DNA of 64,000 nucleotides from Candidatus Izemoplasmatales bacterium (GTDB lineage Bacteria; Bacillota_I; Bacilli_A; Izemoplasmatales; Hujiaoplasmataceae): NCBI GenBank assembly GCA_050949045.1, contig JBMNEZ010000001.1, positions 480,001 to 544,000 of the forward strand, read 5' to 3'. Shown piece by piece: positions 10,061 to 18,740 of this stretch (position 1 is its first letter; each line of letters starts with the position of its first letter). The notes under the pieces were generated by a model. It saw only the letters and a program-made list of their open reading frames with translations, ran no database searches and was not told where the DNA came from. The position numbers and the translations under genes were made by a program.

Positions 10061-10651
10061 ATGATATATACGACTCAAGATTTATTAAAAATTAATAAAA
10101 ATTATTCTGATGTTATGGGTAAAATTTCAAGAGATTTAAGAAACGAAAAAATAATTCAACTGAAAAGAGGACTATATGAAAGTGACAAAAATACTCCTGG
10201 GTATTACCTTTCTGGTTATATTTATGGTCCGTCATATTTATCTTTTGATTATGTATTATCTATAAACGGATTAATACCTGAGGGCATCTATAAAACTTAT
10301 ACATCTGCAACATTTAAGAAAAACAAAAAAAAGACTTATTCTAACTATTTTGGGGATTATTTGTATAGAGATGTACCAGAAGGTGTTTTTAGGTTTGGGG
10401 TTAAAACCGTGATGGAAAATGGTTATAGTTATCAAATAGCGAGTGTTGAAAAAGCTCTATGTGATAAATTATACACATTAAGGCCAGTAAAAAATCTTGA
10501 AGAGTTGAAGTTTTTATTATTTAATGATTTAAGAATAGATGAAGATATGTTTAAGAAATTAGATTTTGATTTCATTATAAAAATAAGCAGTAAATATAAA
10601 TCAACTAATTTAAAATTATTGGAAAAATTAATAAGGGGTGGTAGGGTTTAA
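10061..10651 (+). CDS. Type IV TA antitoxin, AbiEi family
   Basis: IIQLKRGLY, PSYLSFDYVLSINGLIPE, ASVEKALCD; coupled to an AbiEii gene. Confidence 0.85.
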   Translation: MIYTTQDLLKINKNYSDVMGKISRDLRNEKIIQLKRGLYESDKNTPGYYLSGYIYGPSYLSFDYVLSINGLIPEGIYKTYTSATFKKNKKKTYSNYFGDYLYRDVPEGVFRFGVKTVMENGYSYQIASVEKALCDKLYTLRPVKNLEELKFLLFNDLRIDEDMFKKLDFDFIIKISSKYKSTNLKLLEKLIRGGRV

Positions 10652-11512
10652 ATGACTATTATTAGACAAATGTTAAGTAATTATGAAATAAACAATTTAG
10701 AAGATAAAAAGAACGCCTTAAAAGAAGTGGTTCAAGAGGTAGTTCTTTCCGGACTTGCGAGATCAAATTTCTTTAATCATGCGGCTTTTTATGGCGGCAC
10801 AGCTTTAAGAATATTTTATGGTTTAGATAGATTTTCAGAAGATTTAGATTTTTCGCTTGTAACTCCAAACAATGATTTTGACTTAAGTCAATATTTTTCT
10901 TATATTGAAAACGAAGCCAATTCACTTGGACTTAATTTTAAAGTGGAAAAAAAAGTTAAAGAAATAGATTCTAATATTAAATCAGCCTTTTTAAAAGGCG
11001 GAACTAAAGAGCATATTATTACTTTTTATGAAAATGATATAGATATTAAAAACATAAATCCAAGAGAACTAATTAAAATTAAGTTTGAAATTGATATTAA
11101 TCCACCAGCATATGCCTCATTTGAAAATAAGTTTAGATTAATTCCTTATCCATATCAAGTAAAACTTTATGATATGCCTTCTTTATTTGCCGGTAAAATT
11201 CATGCGGTATTATGTAGGGGATGGAAGAGTAGAGTTAAAGGTAGGGATTTATACGATTATGTTTTTTATCTTTCTAAAAATGCTAAAGTTAACTTAAGAC
11301 ATCTAAAAGCACGAATGGTACAAACAGGTCATTTTGATGAAAAAGAAGAATTAACAATTGATAAACTAAAAGACATGTTAAATAAAAAGTTTTCGAGTAT
11401 CGATTATGTAAATGCCAAAGAGGATGTTATTGCGTTTATAAAAGATAAAAGAAAATTAGATCTTTGGAGTAAAGAGTTTTTTATAGATATTACTAGTAAT
11501 TTACAAGATTAG
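10652..11512 (+). CDS. Type IV TA toxin, AbiEii/AbiGii nucleotidyltransferase
   Basis: FYGGTALRIFYGLDRFSEDLDF, AGKIHAVLCR, KGRDLYD. Confidence 0.92.
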   Translation: MTIIRQMLSNYEINNLEDKKNALKEVVQEVVLSGLARSNFFNHAAFYGGTALRIFYGLDRFSEDLDFSLVTPNNDFDLSQYFSYIENEANSLGLNFKVEKKVKEIDSNIKSAFLKGGTKEHIITFYENDIDIKNINPRELIKIKFEIDINPPAYASFENKFRLIPYPYQVKLYDMPSLFAGKIHAVLCRGWKSRVKGRDLYDYVFYLSKNAKVNLRHLKARMVQTGHFDEKEELTIDKLKDMLNKKFSSIDYVNAKEDVIAFIKDKRKLDLWSKEFFIDITSNLQD

Positions 11513-11549
11513 GTCTTTTAAATGAAATATCCACTTTTTAGTTGACATT

Positions 11550-11852
11550 CCAAGGATTGGGAAGAAACTCTATTAAATTGGATTAGTAATGCTTTTGAAC
11601 TTAAGGTTGATTACTTAATCGATATCTATCCTAACCCAAAACTTTTTAAAATAGAAATTTAAAGCGAAACAAATAAACCATATTTTCATACAGATGGTGG
11701 AAATTCCAATTCGAAAGGTGTTTATATTAGAGTAGGCAGTACTAAAAGAGTTGTTAGTTTTGCGGAAGTTCAAAGAATGATTTATAGAATAAGAGCCCAT
11801 GAATTTGAAAGATTAGTTTCATTAAATCAAGATTTAACATTTACTTATGCAA
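11550..11852 (+). pseudogene. Internal fragment of a second AlbA_2/RecG-like gene
   Basis: Translates to ...KIEI*SETNKPYF...GVYIRVGSTKRVVSFAEVQRMI...SLNQDLTFTYA; internal stop, no start. Confidence 0.7.
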
Positions 11853-11855
11853 CCA

Positions 11856-11929
11856 AACACGCAATAATTGCGTATAAATAAAGCGATTAACACGCAATAA
11901 TTGCGTTAACAAAAATATTGTGGTATTAT
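11856..11929 (+). promoter_or_regulatory. Twin palindromic operators overlapping the promoter of the HTH-MNT gene
   Basis: AACACGCAATAATTGCGT at 11856 and 11889; -35 TTGCGT (11901) and -10 TATTAT (11924), 17-bp spacer. Confidence 0.75.
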
Positions 11930-11946
11930 TTAGTTGAGGTGACATT

Positions 11947-12417
11947 ATGTCATTAAAAGAATTAAGAATTAGAAAAAAATTAACACAAGTTGAAAGTGCT
12001 AAATATCTTGGAATACCGATTCGGACTTATCAAAATTATGAAAATGATGAATCTAAAAGAACTTCAATGAAATATTTATATATGATGGAAAAATTAGAAA
12101 AATATGATTATATTGATGAGACAACCGGTATCCTTTCAGTTGAGCAAATTAAAAAAGCTTGTGAACAAGTTTTTAATAATTTGGATGTAGAATATTGTTA
12201 CTTATTTGGATCATATGCTGAAGGAACTCCAAATGAAAAAAGTGATGTAGACTTATTAATATCAACAAGTATAACTGGTTTAGATTATTATAATTTAATA
12301 GAAACATTAAGAAACAAATTATTTAATAAAAAAATAGATTTATTAACTGTGAAACAATTAGAAAATAATTTTGATCTATTACATGAAATACTAAAAAAAG
12401 GAGTAAAGATATATTGA
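11947..12417 (+). CDS. Xre-HTH fused minimal nucleotidyltransferase (MNT antitoxin)
   Basis: LKELRIRKKLTQVESAKYLGIPIRTYQNYE; YLFGSYAEG...SDVDLLI; KIDLL. Confidence 0.88.
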   Translation: MSLKELRIRKKLTQVESAKYLGIPIRTYQNYENDESKRTSMKYLYMMEKLEKYDYIDETTGILSVEQIKKACEQVFNNLDVEYCYLFGSYAEGTPNEKSDVDLLISTSITGLDYYNLIETLRNKLFNKKIDLLTVKQLENNFDLLHEILKKGVKIY

Positions 12418-12523
12418 TATGATACTCCAGAATTGATACATGAAATAAACATAATAGTTTAGATTCATGTAATACCTATGGTTACCCAACCGCAGGCGCA
12501 CACTTTGGAGGTGTCTTTTTTTT

Positions 12524-12650
12524 ATGGTAGAAAACACATACAACTACAATTTAATGATTAGAATATGTAAGGAGTATGCAAACGGATCTACCTCTTTTGG
12601 AGAGTTATCAAAAAAAAATATAAGATTTCACACTACAACTATGTAAGTTG
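12524..12650 (+). pseudogene. Relic of an IS3-family OrfA (HTH) transposase
   Basis: MVENTYNYNLMIRICKEYANGSTSFGELSKK then, after a shift in the A9 run, YKISHYNYVSW; GGAGGTG upstream. Confidence 0.5.
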
Positions 12651-12899
12651 GGCCGATTATCGTGTAAGCCGTTTTTACTTTCACAAATAATGTGTATTTA
12701 TTGTTTTCAGTCATTGTTTTTGTGGGAGGCCTAAATTCATTGCTATTTTTCGGGTTGTTTCTGCTATAATAAAATTACGATAATAACGCCTGAGAATGGC
12801 TATCGGCTGCTTATCAAACAAATTATTCGATAAAACTGAAGCTTTATATCATAAATTTGCCATTCAATATTTTGTTTTCATTATAGGAGGTGAACATCG

Positions 12900-14942
12900 G
12901 TGCCAATCAAGAGTGTCAATTTACCTATTTGCGTTTCAAACCGGCTGAAGGACAGTTACGAGAAAGTCTTCTTACCTCTTTATCATAATGCCCAGATTAT
13001 CGAGCGTCGTGTGTTCACGCTTTCTTACGATTGGATTTTGCAGTCCAAAGAAGCTTTGCTGCAGTTTTTGCTACAAGGCGGCAAACTGAAACTGTTGGTT
13101 ACCTATGAGATTCAGCCAGAACTCCATCAGGCTTTCCAAGACAATGACCCCGACGCTATCGCGGCAACTCTCCGCAAGAACCTTGTCGAACCTTTCAAAA
13201 GGGATATTCCCTATAATGAAGTATGGCAGGTTGCCTATCTTTCGCATTTGATCGTTTCTGGAGTTCTTGAGATCAAGGTCTCAATCCCGAAGGCAGAAGC
13301 ACAGGTCCATGATGAGATCACTTTGGTCAAAGAAGATGAGGATACTGTCTGTTTCCATGGGACTTTTTTCCCCACAGATACAAGTCAGGAAAACGTCGAT
13401 GTCTTCGTTTCCTGGGACCAGCAAGGCAAACTCCGGATTCAAGATTTCCAGATGGAATTCGATCAAGAATGGAATAATCACGACGATCAGTACTTCACCG
13501 TTTCTCTTCCAGAGGAGTTGTTGGCTGATTTCAAGGAACTAGCTTCAGAATATAATCCCTATTTCTATATTCTTGAAAACAAGACCAAATATAAAATGAC
13601 AAGCGACCAGCAGGAAACGATCGACAAACTCAGTGCGAATGATTGGCAAGGTCTGATGATCGTTCCCTCGGAATCCGGGGAGAGGCTCACCAGTTTGTTT
13701 GCGCTCGATCAGTTCATCATCCACAAACCACGAACAATCGCCCTTGTCGTCTGTCCCAACCTTCATCAAATAAACCAGTGGGTCACTACCTGCAAACAGA
13801 AATATCCCAAGAAACAACTGATCACCTTCGCAAGTGAGGAAGAAGTCAAAGATCCCTATTTCACCGATATCCTGAGGCTGAAATTGAGAGAGGACATCAT
13901 CTTCGTCTTCGTTACCTACAAACTCTTCGTGACCAAGACTTTCCAAATGGTGTTCGCGAGAAATAAGAACACCGCTTTTTACATCTTTGACGAATGCACG
14001 CTCTTAGGCGAGAAGCAGGCGATCGTCTCGATCCATCCGTTTCAAGAAGGCGGAAGGATCGGTATCACCTCGATGCCGCTCGACTGGCTAGAACCTGAGA
14101 AGGCGAGTTTCCTCAAAAAACAATTCAAAGAAGTCGTCACCGAGCATTCCTTGAAAGACGCCATCGGGAACACTCACAGCGAATACGAATACATCGCTCT
14201 TCTCTCGGAGATGATCATCGCCGAGTATTCCGAATACAAACAATTCGCCTCCTTAATCTCAAGACTGAAGAGCGAAAAATTAGACGACTCGAAAAAAGAA
14301 GAAAAACAAACAGAATACGAGATTAACAAAGAGACCATCATCGAATGCGCCTACAACAAGAAAAACGACTTTCTCTATGTTCTGCCCCGCTTTGAGCAGA
14401 AACGGATCATTGTCTATGCAGAACGTTCCCAAGCTAAGGATATCAAAGAGGCGCTCGAATTCTCCTTGAAACTGAACGTTGACATACTCTCTCCCGATAC
14501 TCCCCTTGGGGAGCGCTTTCAGATTCACAAGAAATTTGTAAGAGGTCAGATTGATGTATTAATCACTTGCGATGCCTTCACCGAAGGTCTCGCGGGCCTC
14601 GATCCCAAGGCGATTTACCTGCTTTCATCCCCGTCCTCTCCCAGGATCTTCTTTAGAAGAAGAGGTCAATTGGTTTCGTCGCAGACGGGTAAATATATCC
14701 CCAAGATCTACGACTTCGTCACGATCCCGCCACGCCTGGGGTTCCATGATCCCCTGCAGAAGGAAATCGTTATGCGGGAGCTCCCGCGGGTCCTAGAACT
14801 ATCCAGCCTCGCAAAAGATGTTGATCTCGAAGAACTCTCCGATTATCTTGAAACATTGAAACAGGAACACCTGCTCAGTGAAGAATCCGGACAGGAGCTG
14901 ATCAAGAACATCTTTGTTAAAGAAGAAATCTACTATGATTGA
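12900..14942 (+). CDS. PLD-like domain + SF2 (DEAD/DEAH-like) helicase homologue with substituted catalytic motifs
   Basis: Colinear with PLD-helicase restriction-type proteins, but Walker A = PSESGER, Walker B = DECT, motif III = TSM, motif VI = RRRGQLV, PLD HxK = HDE. Confidence 0.8.
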   Translation: MPIKSVNLPICVSNRLKDSYEKVFLPLYHNAQIIERRVFTLSYDWILQSKEALLQFLLQGGKLKLLVTYEIQPELHQAFQDNDPDAIAATLRKNLVEPFKRDIPYNEVWQVAYLSHLIVSGVLEIKVSIPKAEAQVHDEITLVKEDEDTVCFHGTFFPTDTSQENVDVFVSWDQQGKLRIQDFQMEFDQEWNNHDDQYFTVSLPEELLADFKELASEYNPYFYILENKTKYKMTSDQQETIDKLSANDWQGLMIVPSESGERLTSLFALDQFIIHKPRTIALVVCPNLHQINQWVTTCKQKYPKKQLITFASEEEVKDPYFTDILRLKLREDIIFVFVTYKLFVTKTFQMVFARNKNTAFYIFDECTLLGEKQAIVSIHPFQEGGRIGITSMPLDWLEPEKASFLKKQFKEVVTEHSLKDAIGNTHSEYEYIALLSEMIIAEYSEYKQFASLISRLKSEKLDDSKKEEKQTEYEINKETIIECAYNKKNDFLYVLPRFEQKRIIVYAERSQAKDIKEALEFSLKLNVDILSPDTPLGERFQIHKKFVRGQIDVLITCDAFTEGLAGLDPKAIYLLSSPSSPRIFFRRRGQLVSSQTGKYIPKIYDFVTIPPRLGFHDPLQKEIVMRELPRVLELSSLAKDVDLEELSDYLETLKQEHLLSEESGQELIKNIFVKEEIYYD

Positions 14943-14959
14943 TCCTAGAGGAGGTCATC

Positions 14960-15277
14960 ATGTTCACTTTCACCAACCGGGAATTCAAAGAAATTACTGC
15001 CAAGGCTTTTGTCTCGACCGAACCTTTGATCCTCAAATTTTTTCCCGCCAAGGAGAAAAGGAAGTTTGCGACGCTCATAACGATCATTCAAGCCTTTGAT
15101 CCCAGCAGGGCTTATCATGAAAGGGAAGTCAATGAGATTTTAAAGCCGATTTACCATGACTGGGCGATCATCAGGCGCTACCTTGTCGATTACGGTTTTA
15201 TGTCCCGAACTCCTGACGGCAGCGTCTACCAGGTCGTAAGACAAGACTGCAAGAAGTTTTTCGAATCATTGACCTAG
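14960..15277 (+). CDS. DUF2087 domain protein (wHTH-like)
   Basis: FPAKEKRK...YHEREVNEILKPIYHDWAIIRRYLVDYGFMSRTPDGSVY; GGAGG RBS. Confidence 0.85.
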   Translation: MFTFTNREFKEITAKAFVSTEPLILKFFPAKEKRKFATLITIIQAFDPSRAYHEREVNEILKPIYHDWAIIRRYLVDYGFMSRTPDGSVYQVVRQDCKKFFESLT

Positions 15278-15381
15278 GTGACAAGTCGGATAAAAAATGA
15301 AAGTGGAAGTTTTGGTAAAAAAATCTTTCTTATATTCTCCATATATGTTAAGATAAGCACTAGTGGAAGGAGTCTAATATT

Positions 15382-16602
15382 GTGAGCAAACTACAAGGAA
15401 ATATTCTCTACGGTCAGTCCGGAGGACCGACCAGTGTTATCAACGCCTCGGCTTACGGCGTGATCAAGGAAGCCAAGAAACACAAGGAAATCGGTCAGGT
15501 CATCGCCATGAAGCACGGGATCAAGGGCGCTCTCAACGAAGAGTTTTTTTTCATCGACAGACAAGATGAAGAGACGATCGAACTCTTGAAACACACTCCC
15601 GGTTCCGCCTTCGGCTCTGTCAGATACAAACTCAAGGATTTTCGTGAGGATGATTCCAATTATTTAAGGTTGCTTTATATCTTCAAAAAGTACAATATCC
15701 GCTATTTTTTCTATAATGGCGGCAACGATTCGATGGACACCTGTGCCAAGATCGCCGACTACATGAAAAATATCGACTATGACTGCCGGATCATCGGCAT
15801 CCCCAAGACCATCGACAACGACCTGCCCCACACCGACCATACCCCGGGCTACGGCTCGGCTGCCAAATACATCAGCAACACGATGATGGAGATCTGTTAT
15901 GATATGCTTGCCTATCCGAACGGCAAAGTCACGATCGTCGAGATCATGGGCCGCCACGCCGGCTGGCTGACCGCCGCTGCCGGCATCGCCAACCTTTCCG
16001 GCTTCGGCCCCGACCTCATCTATCTTCCCGAGATTCCTTTCTCGGTCGAAAAATTCAAAGAAAACGTCAAGCAAGTCTATCAAAAGAAAAAACAATGCCT
16101 GGTGGCCGTCAGCGAAGGCATCACCAACAAGGAAGGTATCTTCATCAGTTCCAGTTCCGGGTACAGAGACGCCTTTGGGCACTTCCAACTCGGCGGCGTC
16201 GCTTCAAAACTGGCGGGCACGATCGCATCCGATCTCGGCATTCCCTCCCGCTCTGTCGAATTCAGTTCTACTCAAAGAGCGGCCGCCCATCTTCAAAGCC
16301 TGACCGATGTGAACGAGGCCATCCAAGTCGGCGCCTATGCCGTCGAAGCAGCTATCAAGGGCAAGAGCAATATGATGGTCACAATCCAGAGAATAAAGAA
16401 CGATCCTTACGAGGTTGGTTATTCTCTCCATCCCCTGATCGAATGCGCCAATACCGAAAGAGGCGTGCCTCGCTCGATGATCAATGCGGAAGCGAATGGC
16501 GTCACCCAGGAATTTATCGATTACGCTTTGCCGCTGATCCAAGGGGAGAACCCTCCGAAATTCAAAGGCGGCATCCAACAGTTTTCCAAACTCAAAGACT
16601 AG
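15382..16602 (+). CDS. pfp: 6-phosphofructokinase, predicted PPi-dependent
   Basis: QSGGPTSVIN, GGNDS (Asp at the specificity site), PKTIDND, EIMGRHAGW. Confidence 0.88.
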   Translation: MSKLQGNILYGQSGGPTSVINASAYGVIKEAKKHKEIGQVIAMKHGIKGALNEEFFFIDRQDEETIELLKHTPGSAFGSVRYKLKDFREDDSNYLRLLYIFKKYNIRYFFYNGGNDSMDTCAKIADYMKNIDYDCRIIGIPKTIDNDLPHTDHTPGYGSAAKYISNTMMEICYDMLAYPNGKVTIVEIMGRHAGWLTAAAGIANLSGFGPDLIYLPEIPFSVEKFKENVKQVYQKKKQCLVAVSEGITNKEGIFISSSSGYRDAFGHFQLGGVASKLAGTIASDLGIPSRSVEFSSTQRAAAHLQSLTDVNEAIQVGAYAVEAAIKGKSNMMVTIQRIKNDPYEVGYSLHPLIECANTERGVPRSMINAEANGVTQEFIDYALPLIQGENPPKFKGGIQQFSKLKD

Positions 16603-16611
16603 TTTAAGATC

Positions 16612-16653
16612 ATAGCCGGAAACACTTGCAAAACATGTGTTTTCGGCTATAAT
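16612..16653 (+). promoter_or_regulatory. Hairpin after pfk overlapping the tRNA-Leu promoter
   Basis: TAGCCGGAAACAC...GTGTTTTCGGCTA inverted repeat containing TTGCAA (16626) and running into TATAAT (16648). Confidence 0.6.
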
Positions 16654-16665
16654 AGATATTGCTTT

Positions 16666-16750
16666 GCGGTTGTGGCGGAATGGCAGACGCGCTACTTTGA
16701 GGGGGTAGTGTCCATCGGACGTGTGGGTTCAAGTCCCATCAACCGCACCA
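16666..16750 (+). tRNA. tRNA-Leu(GAG)
   Basis: GCGGTTG/CAACCGC acceptor, anticodon loop ttGAGgg, long variable arm GTCC-atc-GGAC, GGTTCAAGTCC, ACCA. Confidence 0.96.
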
Positions 16751-17134
16751 TATATGAAGCATAGGTTTGATACAATAAAGCGATTTACTAATCGCCCTAG
16801 TATCAAGCCTTTTTTAACTTTAATAAGGGTTTTTCCTCAATTTAAAGTGTAGTTTTTAATATGAAAAGCAATCAAAGATTAGGATAAAATTAGATTGAAA
16901 AATAGATGCTTACACGATCTAAATGATTTTTACACGACTACTTTGAATTTCTACACGATTACTATATGTAGGGATTCCACTCTTAATTTTCTCTCTCTAA
17001 CAGTTACAAAATTTCATAACTGGCTTGCTTACTTAACTCTTTAATGATTTGTTTTATATGTATATGATTTCATTTTTAAATACTGATTAAAATTCAACTA
17101 ATCCAATTTTAAAAAAAACATGCGAGATGAAATG

Positions 17135-17163
17135 TTGACAATTCACTATTGATTTGATATAAT
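17135..17163 (+). promoter_or_regulatory. Consensus sigma-A promoter
   Basis: TTGACA-17 bp-TATAAT with extended TG. Confidence 0.85.
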
Positions 17164-17204
17164 TCTGTTACATATAAATTTAAAATAAAGGTGCTGATTG
17201 AAGA

Positions 17205-18437
17205 ATGAAAAAAATATTTATTCTGATACTTACTTATTTGCTTGCTTATTTTTTAAGTGTAACGATTACTGTATCTGCAACAAGCACGAATAATGTCAAG
17301 ATAGTTGATGATATTAATAATGTTGTAGTATCAAAAGATATGGTTGTAGCCGCGAATATATGCGATTCAAGTATTTACAGTTCATTAAGGCAATACTTAG
17401 ACCCAAAATACTTAGTGGTTATCTATAACTTGACAGGAAATGTCTATGATATATTGTTTGGTCAAGAATTATCAAACACATTCGGAGTCCTATATTATTA
17501 TGATAATAATAACACACTAAGGCGATATAGAATTTCAGGACAAGATGTATCAAAGAACGAAAAGAAAATTGATCTTGATAGGTACCTCAATCAATATTAT
17601 GAGAAATTTAAGGATGATAAGAGCGATATTCATGATTCAAACACTATTACAACAGATAATCAAGTTCTATATTTGAGTAATAACATTGAATTATTATCAG
17701 AAGGTGAAGATTTTGGATCTCCTATAATGATTCTAGGAGGAACAGATATATATGGTGCATATTCGTATGTTGTTCATGAACACCTAGTATTCAGATATAC
17801 AGTTGGATCGAATTACATTTTTAGGGTTGAAAGTAAAGTTCAATTTACATCGGGTAATGCAGCGGTAGAATCTTCATATGATGATAGATATAAAAGTTAT
17901 TATGGTTTAGTTTCTGGGGAATTGGAAAAACATATTGAATATGGTTATGGGACGTGGTACTCTGCTCAACCGAAAAAGCTGGATTACTGGCCAAAGAACG
18001 AAATTTCATATAGAACGATTACATCTGGATTTAATATCAATCTAACGCTTGGGAGAACCAAAAGCATTGGTGCGGATGTTGGAGAAGACGGTTATGGTGT
18101 TTCTGCAAACTCTGAATTTTCTTCAACACTAGGATTGGGTTACTTTTACCAAGAAACAAGGACGATTCAAATACCAAACATGAATGCTCAATGGTTAAGT
18201 CTAACCGAAGGCGCTGCTTGGGAGTATACAACATTTAATAACAATCCAGATGTCGCAGTTACTGTATATCCAGGAATGTTATTCGAAACCATACCGGCTT
18301 ATCCATATGCTATGAGATATAATGGAGAATATCATGTGAATATAGAGTTTGTTACAAGAAGATATTTTTTGGGAATACCAGTCAGCACAAAAACCCAAAC
18401 TTTTGAAGAAATTATCATGCTAGATGTATTGATTTAG
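17205..18437 (+). CDS. Secreted protein; C-terminal half resembles alpha-hemolysin/leukocidin beta-pore-forming toxins
   Basis: Signal peptide MKKIFILILTYLLAYFLSVTITVSA; DYWPKN followed by a Gly/Ser-rich amphipathic hairpin, then P...W...FNN. Confidence 0.55.
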   Translation: MKKIFILILTYLLAYFLSVTITVSATSTNNVKIVDDINNVVVSKDMVVAANICDSSIYSSLRQYLDPKYLVVIYNLTGNVYDILFGQELSNTFGVLYYYDNNNTLRRYRISGQDVSKNEKKIDLDRYLNQYYEKFKDDKSDIHDSNTITTDNQVLYLSNNIELLSEGEDFGSPIMILGGTDIYGAYSYVVHEHLVFRYTVGSNYIFRVESKVQFTSGNAAVESSYDDRYKSYYGLVSGELEKHIEYGYGTWYSAQPKKLDYWPKNEISYRTITSGFNINLTLGRTKSIGADVGEDGYGVSANSEFSSTLGLGYFYQETRTIQIPNMNAQWLSLTEGAAWEYTTFNNNPDVAVTVYPGMLFETIPAYPYAMRYNGEYHVNIEFVTRRYFLGIPVSTKTQTFEEIIMLDVLI

Positions 18438-18445
18438 GTGATAGT

Positions 18446-18682
18446 ATGAAAAAGAGCAAATTATTATTCGTAGCATTATATGGCATTATTATAACCATAG
18501 GACTGCTTTTCGTTTTTATCACTCCTTATTATATTTCTAACAATAACCTTAATGCAGTTGACTTGAGTAATGACATTATACTTGATATTGTCGCAAAAGG
18601 AAAAACATATTTTGGGTTTTTGTTAATTATAATTGGAGTTTCAGGCCTGTTTTTAGAAAAGTACTCAATCAAAAAAAGTTAA
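18446..18682 (+). CDS. Small two-TM membrane protein
   Basis: Two hydrophobic segments in 78 aa; AGGTG RBS 8 nt after the upstream stop. Confidence 0.75.
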   Translation: MKKSKLLFVALYGIIITIGLLFVFITPYYISNNNLNAVDLSNDIILDIVAKGKTYFGFLLIIIGVSGLFLEKYSIKKS

Positions 18683-18701
18683 TAATCTACAACAAGGACA
18701 T

Positions 18702-18740
18702 TATAGCAGGATTCATTCATGAATCCTGCTATATTTAATT
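18702..18740 (+). terminator. Terminator-like hairpin closing the two-gene operon
   Basis: TATAGCAGGATTCA-ttca-TGAATCCTGCTATA, 14-bp stem. Confidence 0.75.

Larger units (their letters stand above)
5017..12700. mobile_element. AT-rich defence/TA island at the tRNA-Gly 3' end, apparently three tandem cassettes (about 5017-6939, 6940-9774, 9775-12700); no recombinase present
   Basis: Abrupt drop in GC right after CCA; repeated junction and end sequences; defence-type cargo and gene relics; right boundary approximate. Confidence 0.8.

Noticed and set aside
12424..12430. ACTCCAG as a fourth tRNA-Gly junction
   Set aside because: Lacks the upstream 140-bp right-end module and the downstream AGTTGAA; better explained as HEPN relic codons.
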